DNA from: Piromyces finnis finn | Lineage: Eukaryota > Fungi > Neocallimastigomycota | Assembly (NCBI GenBank): GCA_002104945.1 | Contig: MCFH01000134.1 | Location: forward strand, 1-30,378 | Reading direction: 5' to 3' | Length of the DNA stretch: 30,378 nucleotides | Shown: one piece after another, positions 1 through 13,523 of the stretch | Position numbering within the stretch: position 1 is the first letter of the stretch | How the letters are laid out: each line of letters starts with the position of its first letter | Notes under the pieces: generated by a model | Database searches by the model: none | Seen by the model: the letters and a program-made list of their open reading frames with translations, nothing else | Told to the model about the DNA's origin: nothing | Made by a program: the position numbers and the translations under genes

Positions 1-785
1 TCTTTAATAATGAGAAATAAGATTTAATGAAAAACAAGATTTTCTTTAATAATTATTTAAACAATATTTATATATAATAAATTTTTTTTTTTTTTTTTTT
101 TTTGATTTTTTAATTTTTTAATTACTATCCTTAATTTTTGTAATTATAATTAGCATTTATCATCATCTCTTTCATAAATAATTTTTAGTTTTAACATTTT
201 TATAAAATATAAATAGATTCCTTCTCTCTCTTTTTTTTTTTTTTTTAATCATTACACTTTAAATACCAATTTTCAATATAAAATTTTTTTAGTTTTGTTA
301 TACACTAAAACATATATATATAATCTTTAATAAAAAAAAGAAAAAAAACTTTAAAGTAATTATATATTGAAAAGAAAAAGAGAATGTTACCAAAATAATT
401 ATAAAAAAGGAGAGTTAGCAATATTGAAAAATTATTATTTAGTATCCAATGCAAGTTTCAATTATTATTTTTTTTCTTTTAATTTTCTCAATTTTATTAA
501 TTAATTTTAATTAAATTTTAATAAACAAAAAATGTTTTTTTATTTTTTTTAAATTTTTAATAAATCTTTTTATTATTTATTATTAAAAAAAAAAAAATAA
601 ATAAGAACTTTAATTATATCTTTTGAAATTTCCTTTTTTTTAATGTTTTGAAATCAAAATCATTAATATAAATAAAAATAAACGAAAAAAGAAAAAAAAT
701 ATATAAAAAATAAATATATATAAAAAAAAAAAAAAAAAAGAATATATATTATAATATATATAATAAATAAATAAATAAATAAAAT

Positions 786-1653
786 ATGGATATAAGATAT
801 AGCTCAGTCAACGGTAACAATTCCACTTTTAGATTACAATTATGGAAAAAACTCTTTATTATAGGAGCTTTTATTGTAATTATTTTCTTATTGTTTGATA
901 ATCCATTATCACATGATGTTGTTTATGGTATATTATATAAATAAAATATGAAGATTAAAATATATATATATATATATATATGGAAAGGTAATAATTTATT
1001 TTAATTTATTTTTTTTTTTTTTTTTTTCTTAATAAAACGTTACTAGAAGATTCAAATTCAGTTAATGTTGATAATATTCCAGAACAAGTTGTTCAAAATA
1101 ATGTTAGAACCTTACTAAAAACAAAGCAATGTACTATACCATACCCAAAACTTCCTTTAATTCAAGTAATAAAAAATAAATATATAATAATGTATAAACA
1201 ATTTTATTTTAATACTATTTTTTTTATTCTTTTTATACTTTTTTTTTTTTTAAACATATTCATATTAGTATGCATTAATGATTGATGCAGGTTCTACTGG
1301 TTCACGTATTCACGTTTACCGTTTCAACTATTGTAACCTTTCACCTACCCTTGAAGATGAAACCTTTAAAGAAATTAAACCAGGTCTTTCTTCATTCCCA
1401 AATAGTCCAAAAGATGCTGCTAATTCTTTAGAACCTTTACTTCAACTTGCCATGGAAAAAATTCCAAAAGAACTTCAAGATTGTACACCAATTGCAGTAA
1501 AAGCAACTGCAGGTTTAAGACTTTTAGGAGAAGAAAAAAGTGAAGCTATTTTAAAAGCTGTTGAAGACAAAATTAGAAAGGAATATCCATTCAATTTACC
1601 AAAAGAAAATGGAGTTATTGTTATGGATGGAAAAGATGAAGGTAAATCATATA

Positions 1654-1684
<31 letters not shown>

Positions 1685-3035
1685 TAATAATACAAATAAA
1701 TATATAAATGAAAATATATAATATGAAATAGTGGATGGAAGAATGGTTATAGAAAAAAGTAGAATCATTATTATAAATAATAATAATAGTAATAATAATT
1801 TGATTTTAGTAAATTAAAAAAAAAGAAAGAAAGAAATGAAACAAAATATAAATTAAAAAAAAAAAAAAGAAAAGGAAAAAATGAAACAAAATATAAATTG
1901 AAAAAAAAAAATAATATAATAATTATAAAATATAAATTTTTAGAAAAAACTTTTGTAGAAAGAATAGATATATACAATTATTTAATTTATAGATTTAAAT
2001 TACATTCATTTTTTAAAATTTCAAATATGCATAAATATAAAAAAAATAATTTTGAAAGCTGTATATTAACATAACTATCTATATCATTCTATAACATTAT
2101 TTTATATAAAATTTTCATTTGTCCTATTATCTTTCAAAAAAAATTTTTTTTTCAAAAGGTGTTTACGCTTGGATCACCGTAAATTATCTTTTAGGTAAAA
2201 TTGGTAGTGAAAACAAAGAAGATACTGTAGCTGTTATGGATTTAGGTGGTGGTTCTACTCAAATTGTTTTTGAACCTCTTACCATTGATCATTTACAATA
2301 CCCAATACCAGAATCAGATGAAGATTATCGTGTTGAACTTAAGTTTGGTAGTTTTAAATATGTTCTCTACCAACATAGTTATTTAGGTTATGGTTTAATG
2401 GAAGCTCGTAAATCTATTTTAAGTAATATGATTAGCACAGAACACATTACTGCTGATCATTCTGTTGTCAATAAATGTTTCCCAGATTCCTTCAATAACG
2501 ATATTGAAGTTAAAGGAGTTGATGGTTCCGTTACTGTCACCGGTACACAAGGTATCAATTTCCGTGATTGTTACAAGACCGTTCAAAGCAGCACTCTTTG
2601 ATAAAACACTTGCTTGTAAAACAAAACCATGTTCATTTGATGGTATTTATCAACCATCTATTAGAGAAACCTTTAGCAATAATGATATCTATGCTTTTTC
2701 CTACTTTTATGATCGTACCACAGTTTTAGGTTTAGGTCTTAATCCAGAAATTGAAGATATAGCTGAATTAGCCCGTAAAGTTTGTAGTAACACTAATGAA
2801 TTAGCCGATAAAACAAAGGATGATCCATATTTCTGTTTAGATCTTACCTATCTCTATGCTCTTCTTAGCTATGGTTATGATATTAATACTGACAGAAAGA
2901 TTCTTCTTGCCAAGAAAATCAATGATATTGAAACTGGATGGTGTTTAGGTGCTACCATTTCAAATGTTAGATAGTATGGTTCAAGAAGGAAAACTCTACA
3001 CCTGTTCAAAGAAATGGAATTTAAATACTAACTGA
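786..3035 (+). pseudogene. GDA1: GDA1/CD39-family Golgi guanosine diphosphatase, left-arm copy, frameshifted as assembled
   Basis: Exons 786-927, 1047-1165, 1269-1641, 2159-3035 (GT-AG). Exon 4 is 877 nt against 875 nt in the mirror copy, with an extra T at ~2582 (gttcaaa vs gtcaaa) and ~2958 (accatttc vs accattc). Probably sequence error rather than real decay. Confidence 0.85.
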
Positions 3036-5045
3036 ATAAGAAAAACGGGAAAAAGTCTTTTAAAATAAATAGAAAGAAAGAAAGAAAAAAAAAATAAATA
3101 AAAATAAATAGAAAGAAAAAAAGAAAGAAAAAAAAAAAAAAAACAGTAATAGAAAAATAATAACAATAATAATATAATTATTAAATATAAAAATCTATTT
3201 TTTTTTTTTATAAATACTTGTATCATGAATTTCATCCTTTATACATATAGAATCAATTAATCCAATGCAATTCCTATGAATGATACTAGCTAATGATTAT
3301 ATGACAATAACAGCAAACAACAACAATAACAACAACTCTCTAATTTAAAATGCAATTAAGCAAAAAATAAAAATAAAAAAAATGTATAAAATATATAAAA
3401 AAAAATGTGTAAAATAATCCATACTGTGTTGTTTCACGCATGAAAAGCATTAGGATATTAATAATTTTACCTAAAGAGAATTAATTTCTAATACGATTTG
3501 GATGATCATCTTTTTATAAAGGAATATACAACTCTGTATAATTTCTTTTTTTTTTTTTTTTTGTATAAATAGAGAAATAGGTAAATTGATAAAAAAAAAT
3601 AATTAGTTTATAAAGAGTATTATCGAATATTGTATAGTTCATCATAACATATATAAATATAAAACGAATTTTTTTTTTTTTTTTATATTTTATTATGAAT
3701 TAATTTGATCTTAAGAAAGAAAACTTTTTAAAAAAGAAAGAGAGTACTTCATGCTATAATTTGAATTTTATTACATATCGTATTTATAATAGTAAAATAT
3801 AACTTTACTTTTTTTTCAATGAAATAAAAAATGAATTTTTAACCTTTTTAATTTTATTCTTCTTCATTAAATTGTGTAACATGTTACATATTATTCAACC
3901 AATAATATTAATTTAATTAATTTTGTGACAGGTTACAGAAAATCTTTTTTTTTTTAATTTATTTTTAATAATTAAAGAATTTACGATTGAAAAAAAAGTG
4001 AATGAAAGGGAAAATAGGATAAAACCATTTATAGCACCACCATTAAATACTATATTTCATATTAATAACTATTCAAGTTTATGTTAATAAACTATTTTTT
4101 TATTTATAATTCAAATAAATAGTAATTATCTATCAATTTATTCTTTTTTTTTTTTTTAAATTCATTATCAACAAATATTTAAAAGTTTTATATATAATAG
4201 TGTTTTTTAAAAAATAAAACCATATTTATACTATTTAAATAATAACTTTAAAAATTTATTTTTTTTATGTCTTCTACCACTTCTATTACGCTCCTATATT
4301 TCTACATTTAAAAATCAACAATTATTTAGTTTAGATATAATGACAGATTGAAATAAAATCTTTTTTTAAAGTTTAATTATTCTATTTTTAAAATTAATTA
4401 ATCTTTAAAAAGTTTATTTTACTAATTAAATTTATTCTTTTTTATCAACTAATTTAGGATGATAACACTTTAAAAGTTTATCTTTTTTTCATAATAAATT
4501 TTATTGTTTATTTATTTAAAAATAATATAAATTATTTGTCTTTTTATTTTTGTTATACAAAATTTCTTTTGTTTTTTTTTATTTTATTTTATTCTATTAT
4601 TTAATTATTTACAAAATAGATAAAAATAATGAGGATGATTGCTATGATAATAGGATAACGATATATACATGCATTTTTTATTTATTTATTTATTTTCCCA
4701 AACTTTTTCATTTTTTTTTTTTTTCATAAACTATGAAGAATAATAAAAATTTTATGATATTTAGAATTAAAAAGATAATAATAATTAATTTTAAGAGTTA
4801 TTGTATATATATATTTAATAATGAATGACTTTATACTGTATATTTTAAAATAATGAATTCTATAATAATACTAAATAAAAAAATGAATATAGATTAATAT
4901 ATATATAATAAGGATTCTTGTTTATTATTAATTTTTTTTTTTGTTCGATGGCTTATTTGTTGTGTCCCTTCTTGTCTTTATTCCTTTTTTAAATATTATT
5001 CTTGGGTAATTAAAAGTCATTATTTTTGGTTTAAAAAAAATGGAT

Positions 5046-6014
5046 TTAATTGTTTTCTAATTGGCGGTAGTCATCACTTATATTAAAGAGGATATTCTTT
5101 AATTCGTCAATAGCGACATAGATACATGACATAACGAATAAAGTAACAACGGCTATTATAACTAAAATAATAATGATGGTAATAGCAACACCAATGATAA
5201 AGAAATAATCACGTTTTCCTCTACCTTCAGCAACAAGTGGAGAGGCACAAACGTCGAAACGACTATCACAAACATTAATTTGATCACAATCTTCGTCTTC
5301 AGAACATGGTTTCTCCATTTGCCATTTTGCAAAGCATTGCTGGTTTTTCTTCATCCTTTAACCAATCAATTCTACACATGTACGATGGATTTTCACTATT
5401 AATCATACATGTTTGATGGATACATTGACCAGAATAACAATTTTCAGTCATTAAACAAGTTTCTGTATCACATAAATTATGTTTATACATTTCATCATTA
5501 CAGGAATGTAATATTATTTTGTCCTTGTTTTCTATTTCTTTGTGTTCAAGTGTATTATTATTTACAAAAGAAATACCATACTCGATACCTCTTACATTTA
5601 TATAATAAACGGAAGCATTATAAAGGGATAAACATGTTTCATTTTTATGGCAAATAAAGGTCATATCACATAATTTATATTCAACATCATTTTGACCGTT
5701 ATATAATGTGAATAATTCACAACCTCTACTATAGTCAGGACATTCTGAATCTTCCTTACAAGGTATACTATTAAAATTTATAAACAAAGCAATATAACAG
5801 ATATATTTGAGTGTTATTATTATACTTTATCATTATAATTATTCTTTTATTATTTTCAAAAATACTTACGTTTTCATTTCTCTAATATCATTTAAAGTAA
5901 AGTTGGTATATTGATAAGAGCCTACATATTCACCACTAAAGGTGTTGATTTTACAACATCAATAAGGGTAATAAAAAGAGTGAAATATATTAAAACTATG
6001 ATTATTTTTTCCAT
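5046..6014 (-). pseudogene. Cys-rich type I membrane protein, left-arm copy, frameshifted as assembled
   Basis: Mirror of 13524-14492. A 1-bp deletion at ~5936 (ttagtggt vs ttaggtggt) gives an early TAG. A 1-bp insertion at ~5310 splits exon 2 into ORFs 5299-5787 and 5046-5354. Confidence 0.8.
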
Positions 6015-6200
6015 GCTGCTGATATAATATATATTCTTTCTTTTTTTATTGTTATAATATTTGAAATTTATTTTTTTTTTTTTGTAACTTTTGTTTTCTT
6101 TTTCTATTGAATCTTTTTTAAAATATATTATGGAATTGTTTATTTGAAAGAAAATTAAAACAATAATAATATATTATTTATAAAATAGGTCAAACTTTAA

Positions 6201-6413
6201 GAATTATTTCTAATTATCTAAATGTTTATAATATTTGATATTGAATTATTTCTAATTATACTAAATGTTTATAATATTTGATATGAATTATTTCTAATTA
6301 TACTAAATGTTTATAATATTTTGATATGAATTATTTCTAATTATACTAAATGTTTTAATATTTGATATGAATTATTTCTAATTATACTAAATGTTTATAA
6401 TTTTTGATATGAA
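6201..6413. repeat. Tandem minisatellite, 5 x ~42 bp (left-arm copy)
   Basis: Unit TTATTTCTAATTATACTAAATGTTTATAATATTTGATATGAA. Four private 1-bp indels fall in units 1, 3 and 4. Confidence 0.95.
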
Positions 6414-8112
6414 TAATATATAGATTTTACTTAAAAAAAAGTTAATACTTTAATTTCTAAACTTGGTGGTTTTTTCTTTTCTTAAACTAAATTTATATTA
6501 TTAGTTCATTTTGTTTAATTTTCTTTCCTTTTCTTTTAATATTTTTTTAAAATTAAACAAATTTATTATAATTTTTTTTAAACAAAAAAAAAGTCCACTT
6601 TTTATTTAAAAAACATTTTTTTTGTTGTTTTCCTTTTCCCTTCTTCTGCTTTACATAAAGAATTTTTTTTTAAAAAAAAAAAACGTTTACTTTCAGGAAA
6701 AGCTTATCCTTTTATATGAATTTTTTTTTATCTTTTAATTTTTTATTTTATTCTTAAATTTAATTTTTTTATGATTTTTTTCTAAATCTTATTTAACTAT
6801 AAAAAAAATAATGAAATTTATATTGTTTATTATATTAAATATAATCAATTATATGAGTGATTATATTATTGAGTTAATTATAAGAATTTATTCTTTGGGT
6901 TCCATCAAAATGGTTATTATATTATTTTTTATATAATTAATAGTTTTATATTAAATAGATTAATTAATAGTAATAGTTTATATTGTCAAGTATATTGATT
7001 ATATATTTTTATAAAAGTACCATTTATTTCTAATATATTATATTAATTAATATAACTGTACCATAAAGAAGTGAAAAATTTTAATATTTCATTTACCACA
7101 ATTTATATCATAAATAATAAGATTTATAATATAATTTTATATCTATCAAATGAAAATGAGCCACAACTATTAAATAGTATTATTGATAATAAAAAATGAT
7201 ATAAATGATATAATCTATTATATAATGCATTCATTTATAGAAATAATATATTACAGGAAGGTGTTAAAAAAAGGTAATTTTTTTTTTTTTTTTCCTTTTG
7301 AAAAGCAATAAATAGAAAGAAATTGTAGCTATGATAAAACGATTTACTATAATAAATGCCTTTAATTAGTTCTATAGATTTAATATAGACATTATTTATG
7401 AATGAATGAAGGAAAAAAAATAAAAGTAAAAATTCATTTCCTTACATTTTTACCTACTTTTCTTCGATATATTGTTACACTAAAAAAAAAAAAAGTTTTT
7501 TTTTGTACTTTTATATATAAAAAAAAAAGGATAATCCTTAATTTTCATAATAAAAAAAATTACTTTTAAAAAAAGTTGAACCTACAACAACATAAAAAGA
7601 CTGCATTAAAAATAAAATATATACATGATACTATTAACTTTGATATTTTAACTCTATTTTTAAAAGATTAATTAAATTAATTTTACTATAAACAATTTTA
7701 TTAAATTTTAATAGCAATAATAAAATACTCTAACCCCTACTGAATTGTAGAGTTATGTAGAACCATTAAACCCATTTATTTTTAGCATGAATTAAATACG
7801 GATGAATTGAGAAAGCAAAAACACCACCAATGCTAATACGATCAATAGGGTTAATGAATGGTTTGATAAAATATTAATTAAAATTCTAAAGTAATTATGC
7901 TTATTATTATTAATAAAAGTTTTTTTTTTTTTTAGTTAAACCTTAAAAAATCATTAATAGAAACATTCAAAAAAAAAAAAAAAAAAACGCTTCAACTACC
8001 AATTTTCAATGATAATTCGTTTAAACTTAATATTTCCAAAAATAGTAAAAAAACAAAAATGTATACAAAAATTTCTAAAAATTGTACAACAATCTCAATT
8101 TAGGAAAATTTT

Positions 8113-8167
8113 TTTTTAATTTAATGAATAAGACTTTTTTAATTTAATGAATAAGACTTTTTAATTT
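8113..8167. repeat. Short tandem duplication, ~2.4 x 22 bp (mirror at 11370-11423)
   Basis: TTTTTAATTTAATGAATAAGAC repeated; the period of 22 was measured on the right-arm copy. Confidence 0.8.
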
Positions 8168-9757
8168 CAAAACCAATAAATACAACGAATACTTGGAATT
8201 TTTGTGTTTTTGGGGTAAAACGGCGATGACAAAAAAAGGAAAGTATAAATAACGGAAGGTCAGTTGAAATAAATAATAAATTAAATTAATTTTTAAATGA
8301 GGATTATGAATAGACACATGTATTTACATAATTTATAAAGAATTATAAGAATTTATGTAAAAAAAGTTTTATCTATTTTAAAGTGTACTTTTTTTTTTTA
8401 TCCTTATTTAAAATAAAAATTATTTTTTTATTTTAATAAAATATAAGAAAAAAAAAAATAAAGAAAAGAGTAATAAAAGGAAAATATAAAAAGTTGGTAA
8501 TTAATTAAAATGCCTTTATTATAAATAAAATTTTTATTTAAAATATATTACTTTTTTCAAACTTTAATTCTATTAATTTTTAAACCAATAAACATTTTTT
8601 TTTTAAAGTGTTCTTTTTTTTTTTTTTTGAATAGTTTAAAGGTTTTAGGTGATAACTCATTTATTATATATATAAGTTCTTTTTTTTTTTTTTTTTTAAC
8701 TACCAAAATAAAAACAGGATTATTTATAAAGTTTTTATTATTAAATTTATATATATATATAAATATAATAAAATGTTGTACTTCGATAGAAAAGAAGAAA
8801 AGAAAAAAAAAAAAACAATAATGAAAATTATAAATAATAATTTACAATTTATGATATAAAAAAATATATTCAAGATTGTATGATGCTTATATATATGTGT
8901 GTTAATTCTTTTTTCCAAACTTCTTGAATTAATTTCTCTTTATCCTCTTATGTTAATGAAATGAATTAATGCTTAGTAAAAAAAAAAAAAAAAAAGAGTC
9001 TAGAGATAATATCCATTTATTTCTTTACACAGCTAATTGTATTTCGTCCATAGAAAATAAATAAAAATGAATAATATGAAAAAAATATTAATAATGATGA
9101 TAAATATATATATATATCTTATATAGAAAATAAAAAAAATTGGTTGAAAAACAAATTCACAAACTGAACATTTTCTAAAAATATTTAATTGAAAAAGGGT
9201 ATATTTATATAAAAAGGATGTTATTATCATTTTATTGTTTATATTTCCACTTTTTTTTTTATTTTTATCTTTATTTCCATTTGATAATTTATTTTATGTT
9301 TTTTTGGTTTATTTTTTGATAAAACTATATGATTTATTTTTTAAATAAAACATAACTCTCATTTTATATGTATTAAAAATAAAAATAAAAAAAACATATC
9401 AAGAGAATTTCTTTAGTGTTAAATTTTTCTCTTTTTTTTTACATTTTTTTGAATGGATATACAATGATGTAAAAAAAAGAAGTCTATTTTAGTATTCATT
9501 TAAAATAATATTTTATTTTAGTATTCATTTAAAAATAATATTTTTATTTTTTTTTTTTCAATCATATATAAATAGTGAAAGTTGAAAGTAAAAGGAAAGA
9601 AAAAAACGGGGAAATAAACAATAATTTGAAAATGAAAATTTTTGACTTATGAATTTATTTGAAAATCTAATATTTCATATTGAAATTGAAATTTGAATGA
9701 TGAATAAAAAATAATAAAAAAAAAAGTGATAAGGAAAAAAAATAAATTAGAAAAAAG

Positions 9758-9772
9758 ATGTTATTCGAACAT
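9758..9772. other. Palindrome apex: ATGTT-attcg-AACAT (5-bp stem, 5-nt loop)
   Basis: Flanks GTGATAAGG (9726) and CCTTATCAC (~9812) converge on this 15-mer. It is flanked by A6 on the left and a ~19-nt T run on the right. No SMRTbell adapter sequence is recognisable. Confidence 0.85.
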
Positions 9773-10000
9773 TTTCTTTTTTTTTTTTTTTTTTTCTATC
9801 TATTTTTTTTTCCTTATCACTTTTTTTTTTTATTATTTTTTTATTCATCATTCAAATTTCAATTTCAATATGAAATATTAGATTTTCAAATAAATTCATA
9901 AGTCAAAAATTTTCATTTTCAAATTTATTGTTTTATTTCCCGTTTTTTTCTTCCTTTTACTTTCAACTTTCACTATTTATATATGATTGAAAAAAAAAAA

Positions 10001-10060
10001 ATAAAATATTATTTTAAATGAATACTAAAATAAAATATTATTTTAAATGAATACTAAAAT
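10001..10060. repeat. Short tandem duplication, 2 x 29 bp (mirror at 9486-9547)
   Basis: ATAAAATATTATTTTAAATGAATACTAAA occurs twice, ~240 bp from the apex. Confidence 0.8.
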
Positions 10061-13000
10061 AGACTTCTTTTTTTTACATCATTGTATATCCATTCAAAAA
10101 AATGTAAAAAAAAAGAGAAAAATTTAACACTAAAGAAATTCTCTTGATATGTTTTTTTTTATTTTTATTTTTAATACATATAAAATGAGAGTTATGTTTT
10201 ATTTAAAAAATAAATCATATAGTTTTTATCAAAAAATAAACCAAAAAAACATAAAATAAATTATCAAATGGAAATAAAGATAAAAATAAAAAAAAAGTGG
10301 AAATATAAACAATAAAATGATAATAACATCCTTTTTATATAAATATACCCTTTTCAATTAAATATTTTTAGAAAATGTTCAGTTTGTGAATTTGTTTTTC
10401 AACAATTTTTTTTATTTCTATATAAGATATATATATATATTTATATCATTATTAATATTTTTTCATATTATTCATTTTTATTTATATTTCTATGGACGAA
10501 ATACAATTAGCTGTGTAAAGAAATAAATGGATATTATCTCTAGACTCTTTTTTTTTTTTTTTTACTAAGCATTAATTCATTTCATTAACATAAAGAGGAT
10601 AAAGAGAAATTAATTCAAGAATTTGGAAAAAAGAATTAACACACATATATATAATGCATCATACAATCTTGAATATATTTTTTTATATCATAAATTGTAA
10701 ATTATTATTTATAATTTTCATTATTGTTTTTTTTTTTTTCTTTTCTTTTTTTCTATCGAAGTACAACATTTTTCATATATTTATATATATATATAAATTT
10801 AATAATAAAAACTTTATAAATAATCCTGTTTTTATTTGGAGTTAAAAAAAAAAAAAAAAAAAGAACTTATATATATATAAATGAGTTATCACCTAAAACC
10901 TTTAACTATTCAAAAAAAAAAAAAAAAGAACACTTTAAAAAAAATGTTTATTGGTTTAAAAATTAATAGAAATTAAAGTTTGAAAAAAGTAATATATTTT
11001 AAATAAAAATTTTATTTATAATAAAGGCATTTTAATTAATTACCAACTTTTTATATTTTCCTTTTATTACTCTTTTCTTTATTTTTTTTTTCTTATATTT
11101 TATTAAAAATAAAAAATAATTTTATTTTAAATAAGGATAAAAAAAAAAAGTACACTTTAAAATAGATAAAACTTTTTTTACATAAATTCTATAATTCTTT
11201 ATAAATTTATGTAAATACATGTGTCTATCATAATCCTCATTTAAAAATTAATTTAATTTATTATTTATTTCAACTGACCTTCCGTTATTTTATACTTTCC
11301 TTTTTTGTCATTCGCCGTTTTACCCAAAAACACAAAAATTCCAAGTATTCGTTGTATTTATTGGTTTTGAAATTAAAAAGTCTTATTCATTAAATTAAAA
11401 AGTCTTATTCATTAAATTAAAAAAAAATTTTCCTAAATTGAGATTGTTGTACAATTTTTAGAAATTTTTGTATACATTTTTGTTTTTTTACTATTTTTGG
11501 AAATATTAAGTTTAAACGAATTATCATTGAAAATTGGTAGTTGAAGCGTTTTTTTTTTTTTTTTTTTGAAATGTTCTATTAATGATTTTTTAAGGTTTAA
11601 CTAAAAAAAAAAAAAACTTTTATTAATAATAATAAGCATAATTACTTTAGAATTTTAATTAATATTTTATCAAACCATTCATTAACCCTATTTGATCGTA
11701 TTAGCATTGGTGGTGTTTTTGCTTTCTCAATTCATCCGTATTTAATTCATGCTAAAATAAATGGGTTTAATGGTTCTACATAACTCTACAATTCAGTAGG
11801 GGTTAGAGTATTTTATTATTGCTATTAAAATTTAATAAAATTGTTTATAGTAAAATTAATTTTAATTAATCTTTTAAAATAGAGTTAAAATATCAAAGTT
11901 AATAGTATCATGTATATATTTTATTTTTAATGCAGTCTTTTTATGTTGTTGTAGGTTCAACTTTTTTTAAAAGTAATTTTTTTTATTATGAAAATTAAGG
12001 ATTATCCTTTTTTTTTATATATAAAAGTACAAAAAAAAAACTTTTTTTTTTTTTAGTGTAACAATATATCGGAAGAAAAGTAGGTAAAAATGTAAGGAAA
12101 TGAATTTTTACTTTTATTTTTTTTCCTTCATTCATTCATAAATAATGTCTATATTAAATCTATAGAACTAATTAAAGGCATTTATTATAGTAAATCGTTT
12201 TATCATAGCTACAATTTCTTTCTATTTATTGCTTTTCAAAAGGAAAAAAAAAAAAAAATTACCTTTTTTAACACCTTCCTGTAATATATTATTTCTATAA
12301 ATGAATGCATTATATAATAGATTATATTCATTTATATCATTTTTATTATCAATAATACTATTTAATAGTTGTGGCTCATTTCATTTGATAGATATAAAAT
12401 TATATTATAAATCTTATTATTTATGATATAAATTGTGGTAAATGAAATATTAAAATTTTTCACTTCTTTATGGTACAGTTATATTAATTAATATAATATA
12501 TTAGAAATAAATGGTACTTTTATAATAAATATATAATCAATATACTTGACAATATAAACTATTACTATTAATTAATCTATTTAATATAAAACTATTAATT
12601 ATATTAAAAAATAATATATAACCATTTTGATGGAACCCAAAGAATAAATTCTTATAATTAACTCAATAATATAATCACTCATATAATTGATTATATTTTA
12701 ATATAATATAACAATATAAATTTCATTATTTTTTTTATAGTTAAATAAGATTTAGAAAAAAAATCATAAAAAATTAAATTTAAGAATAAAATAAAAATTA
12801 AAAGATAAAAAAAAAATTCATATAAAAGGATAAGCTTTTCCTGAAAGTAAACGTTTTTTTTTTTAAAAAAAATTCTTTATGTAAAGCAGAAGAAGGGAAA
12901 AGGAAAACAACAAAAAAAATTGTTTTTATAAATAAAAAGTGGACTTTTTTTTTGTTTAAAAAAAATTATAATAGAATTTGTTTAATTTTAAAAAATATTA

Positions 13001-13122
13001 AAAGAAAGGAAAGAAAATTAAACAAAATGAACTAATAATATAAATTTTAGTTTAAGAAAAGAAAAACCACCAAGTTTAGAAATTAAAGTATTAACTTTTT
13101 TTTAAGTAAAATCTATATATTA

Positions 13123-13335
13123 TTCATATCAAAAATTATAAACATTTAGTATAATTAGAAATAATTCATATCAAATATTATAAACATTTAGTATAATTAG
13201 AAATAATTCATATCAAATATTATAAACATTTAGTATAATTAGAAATAATTCATATCAAATATTATAAACATTTAGTATAATTAGAAATAATTCATATCAA
13301 ATATTATAAACATTTAGTATAATTAGAAATAATTC
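13123..13335. repeat. Tandem minisatellite, 5 x 42 bp (right-arm copy)
   Basis: Unit TTCATATCAAATATTATAAACATTTAGTATAATTAGAAATAA starts at 13123, 13165, 13207, 13249 and 13291. Units are identical except one T>A in the first. There are no spacers. Confidence 0.97.
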
Positions 13336-13523
13336 TTAAAGTTTGACCTATTTTATAAATAATTTATATTATTATTGTTTTAATTTTCTTTCAAATAAAC
13401 AATTCCATAATATATTTAAAAAAGATTCAATAGAAAAAGAAAAACAAAAGTTACAAAAAAAAAAAAATAAATTTCAAATATTATAACAATAAAAAAAGAA
13501 AGAATATATATTATATCAGCAGC

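Larger units (their letters stand above)
1..9762. repeat. Left arm of ~19.55-kb inverted repeat (palindrome)
   Basis: Bases 1-52 are the reverse complement of 19501-19552 (one-base indel). Mirror ORFs pair up (1278-1658+/17880-18260-, 5299-5787-/13752-14492+), as do the 42-bp arrays. Complementarity continues to the centre; differences seen are mostly 1-bp indels and homopolymer-length changes. Confidence 0.98.

Noticed and set aside
2582-2960. Programmed ribosomal frameshifting in left-arm GDA1
   Set aside because: No slippery heptamer or stimulatory structure was recognised, and the mirror copy is intact without frameshifting.
1475-3235. ORFs 1475-1768, 1771-1977, 2996-3235 and mirrors 16296-16502, 17842-18063
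   Set aside because: They are antisense to GDA1 or are translations of poly(T) and (TAT)n tracts, giving F/Y/L-rich nonsense.
5409-5657. ORF 5409-5657 and others overlapping real exons (13882-14130, 14185-14376, 16800-17063, 21285-21563, 22943-23128, 29491-29796)
   Set aside because: They are shadow frames of well-supported coding exons with no independent features.
7731-7852. TAACCC / AGGGTTA as telomere repeats
   Set aside because: These are isolated single units, not an array, and are far from the apex and the window ends.
8627-10845. Short ORFs near the palindrome centre (8627-8821, 8724-8918, 9033-9230, 10654-10845)
   Set aside because: They are low-complexity, depend on homopolymers, and are not preserved in frame between arms.
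13123-13335. 42-bp repeats (and mirror 6201-6413) as a CRISPR array
   Set aside because: Units are directly adjacent with no unique spacers, there are no cas genes, and the context is eukaryotic.
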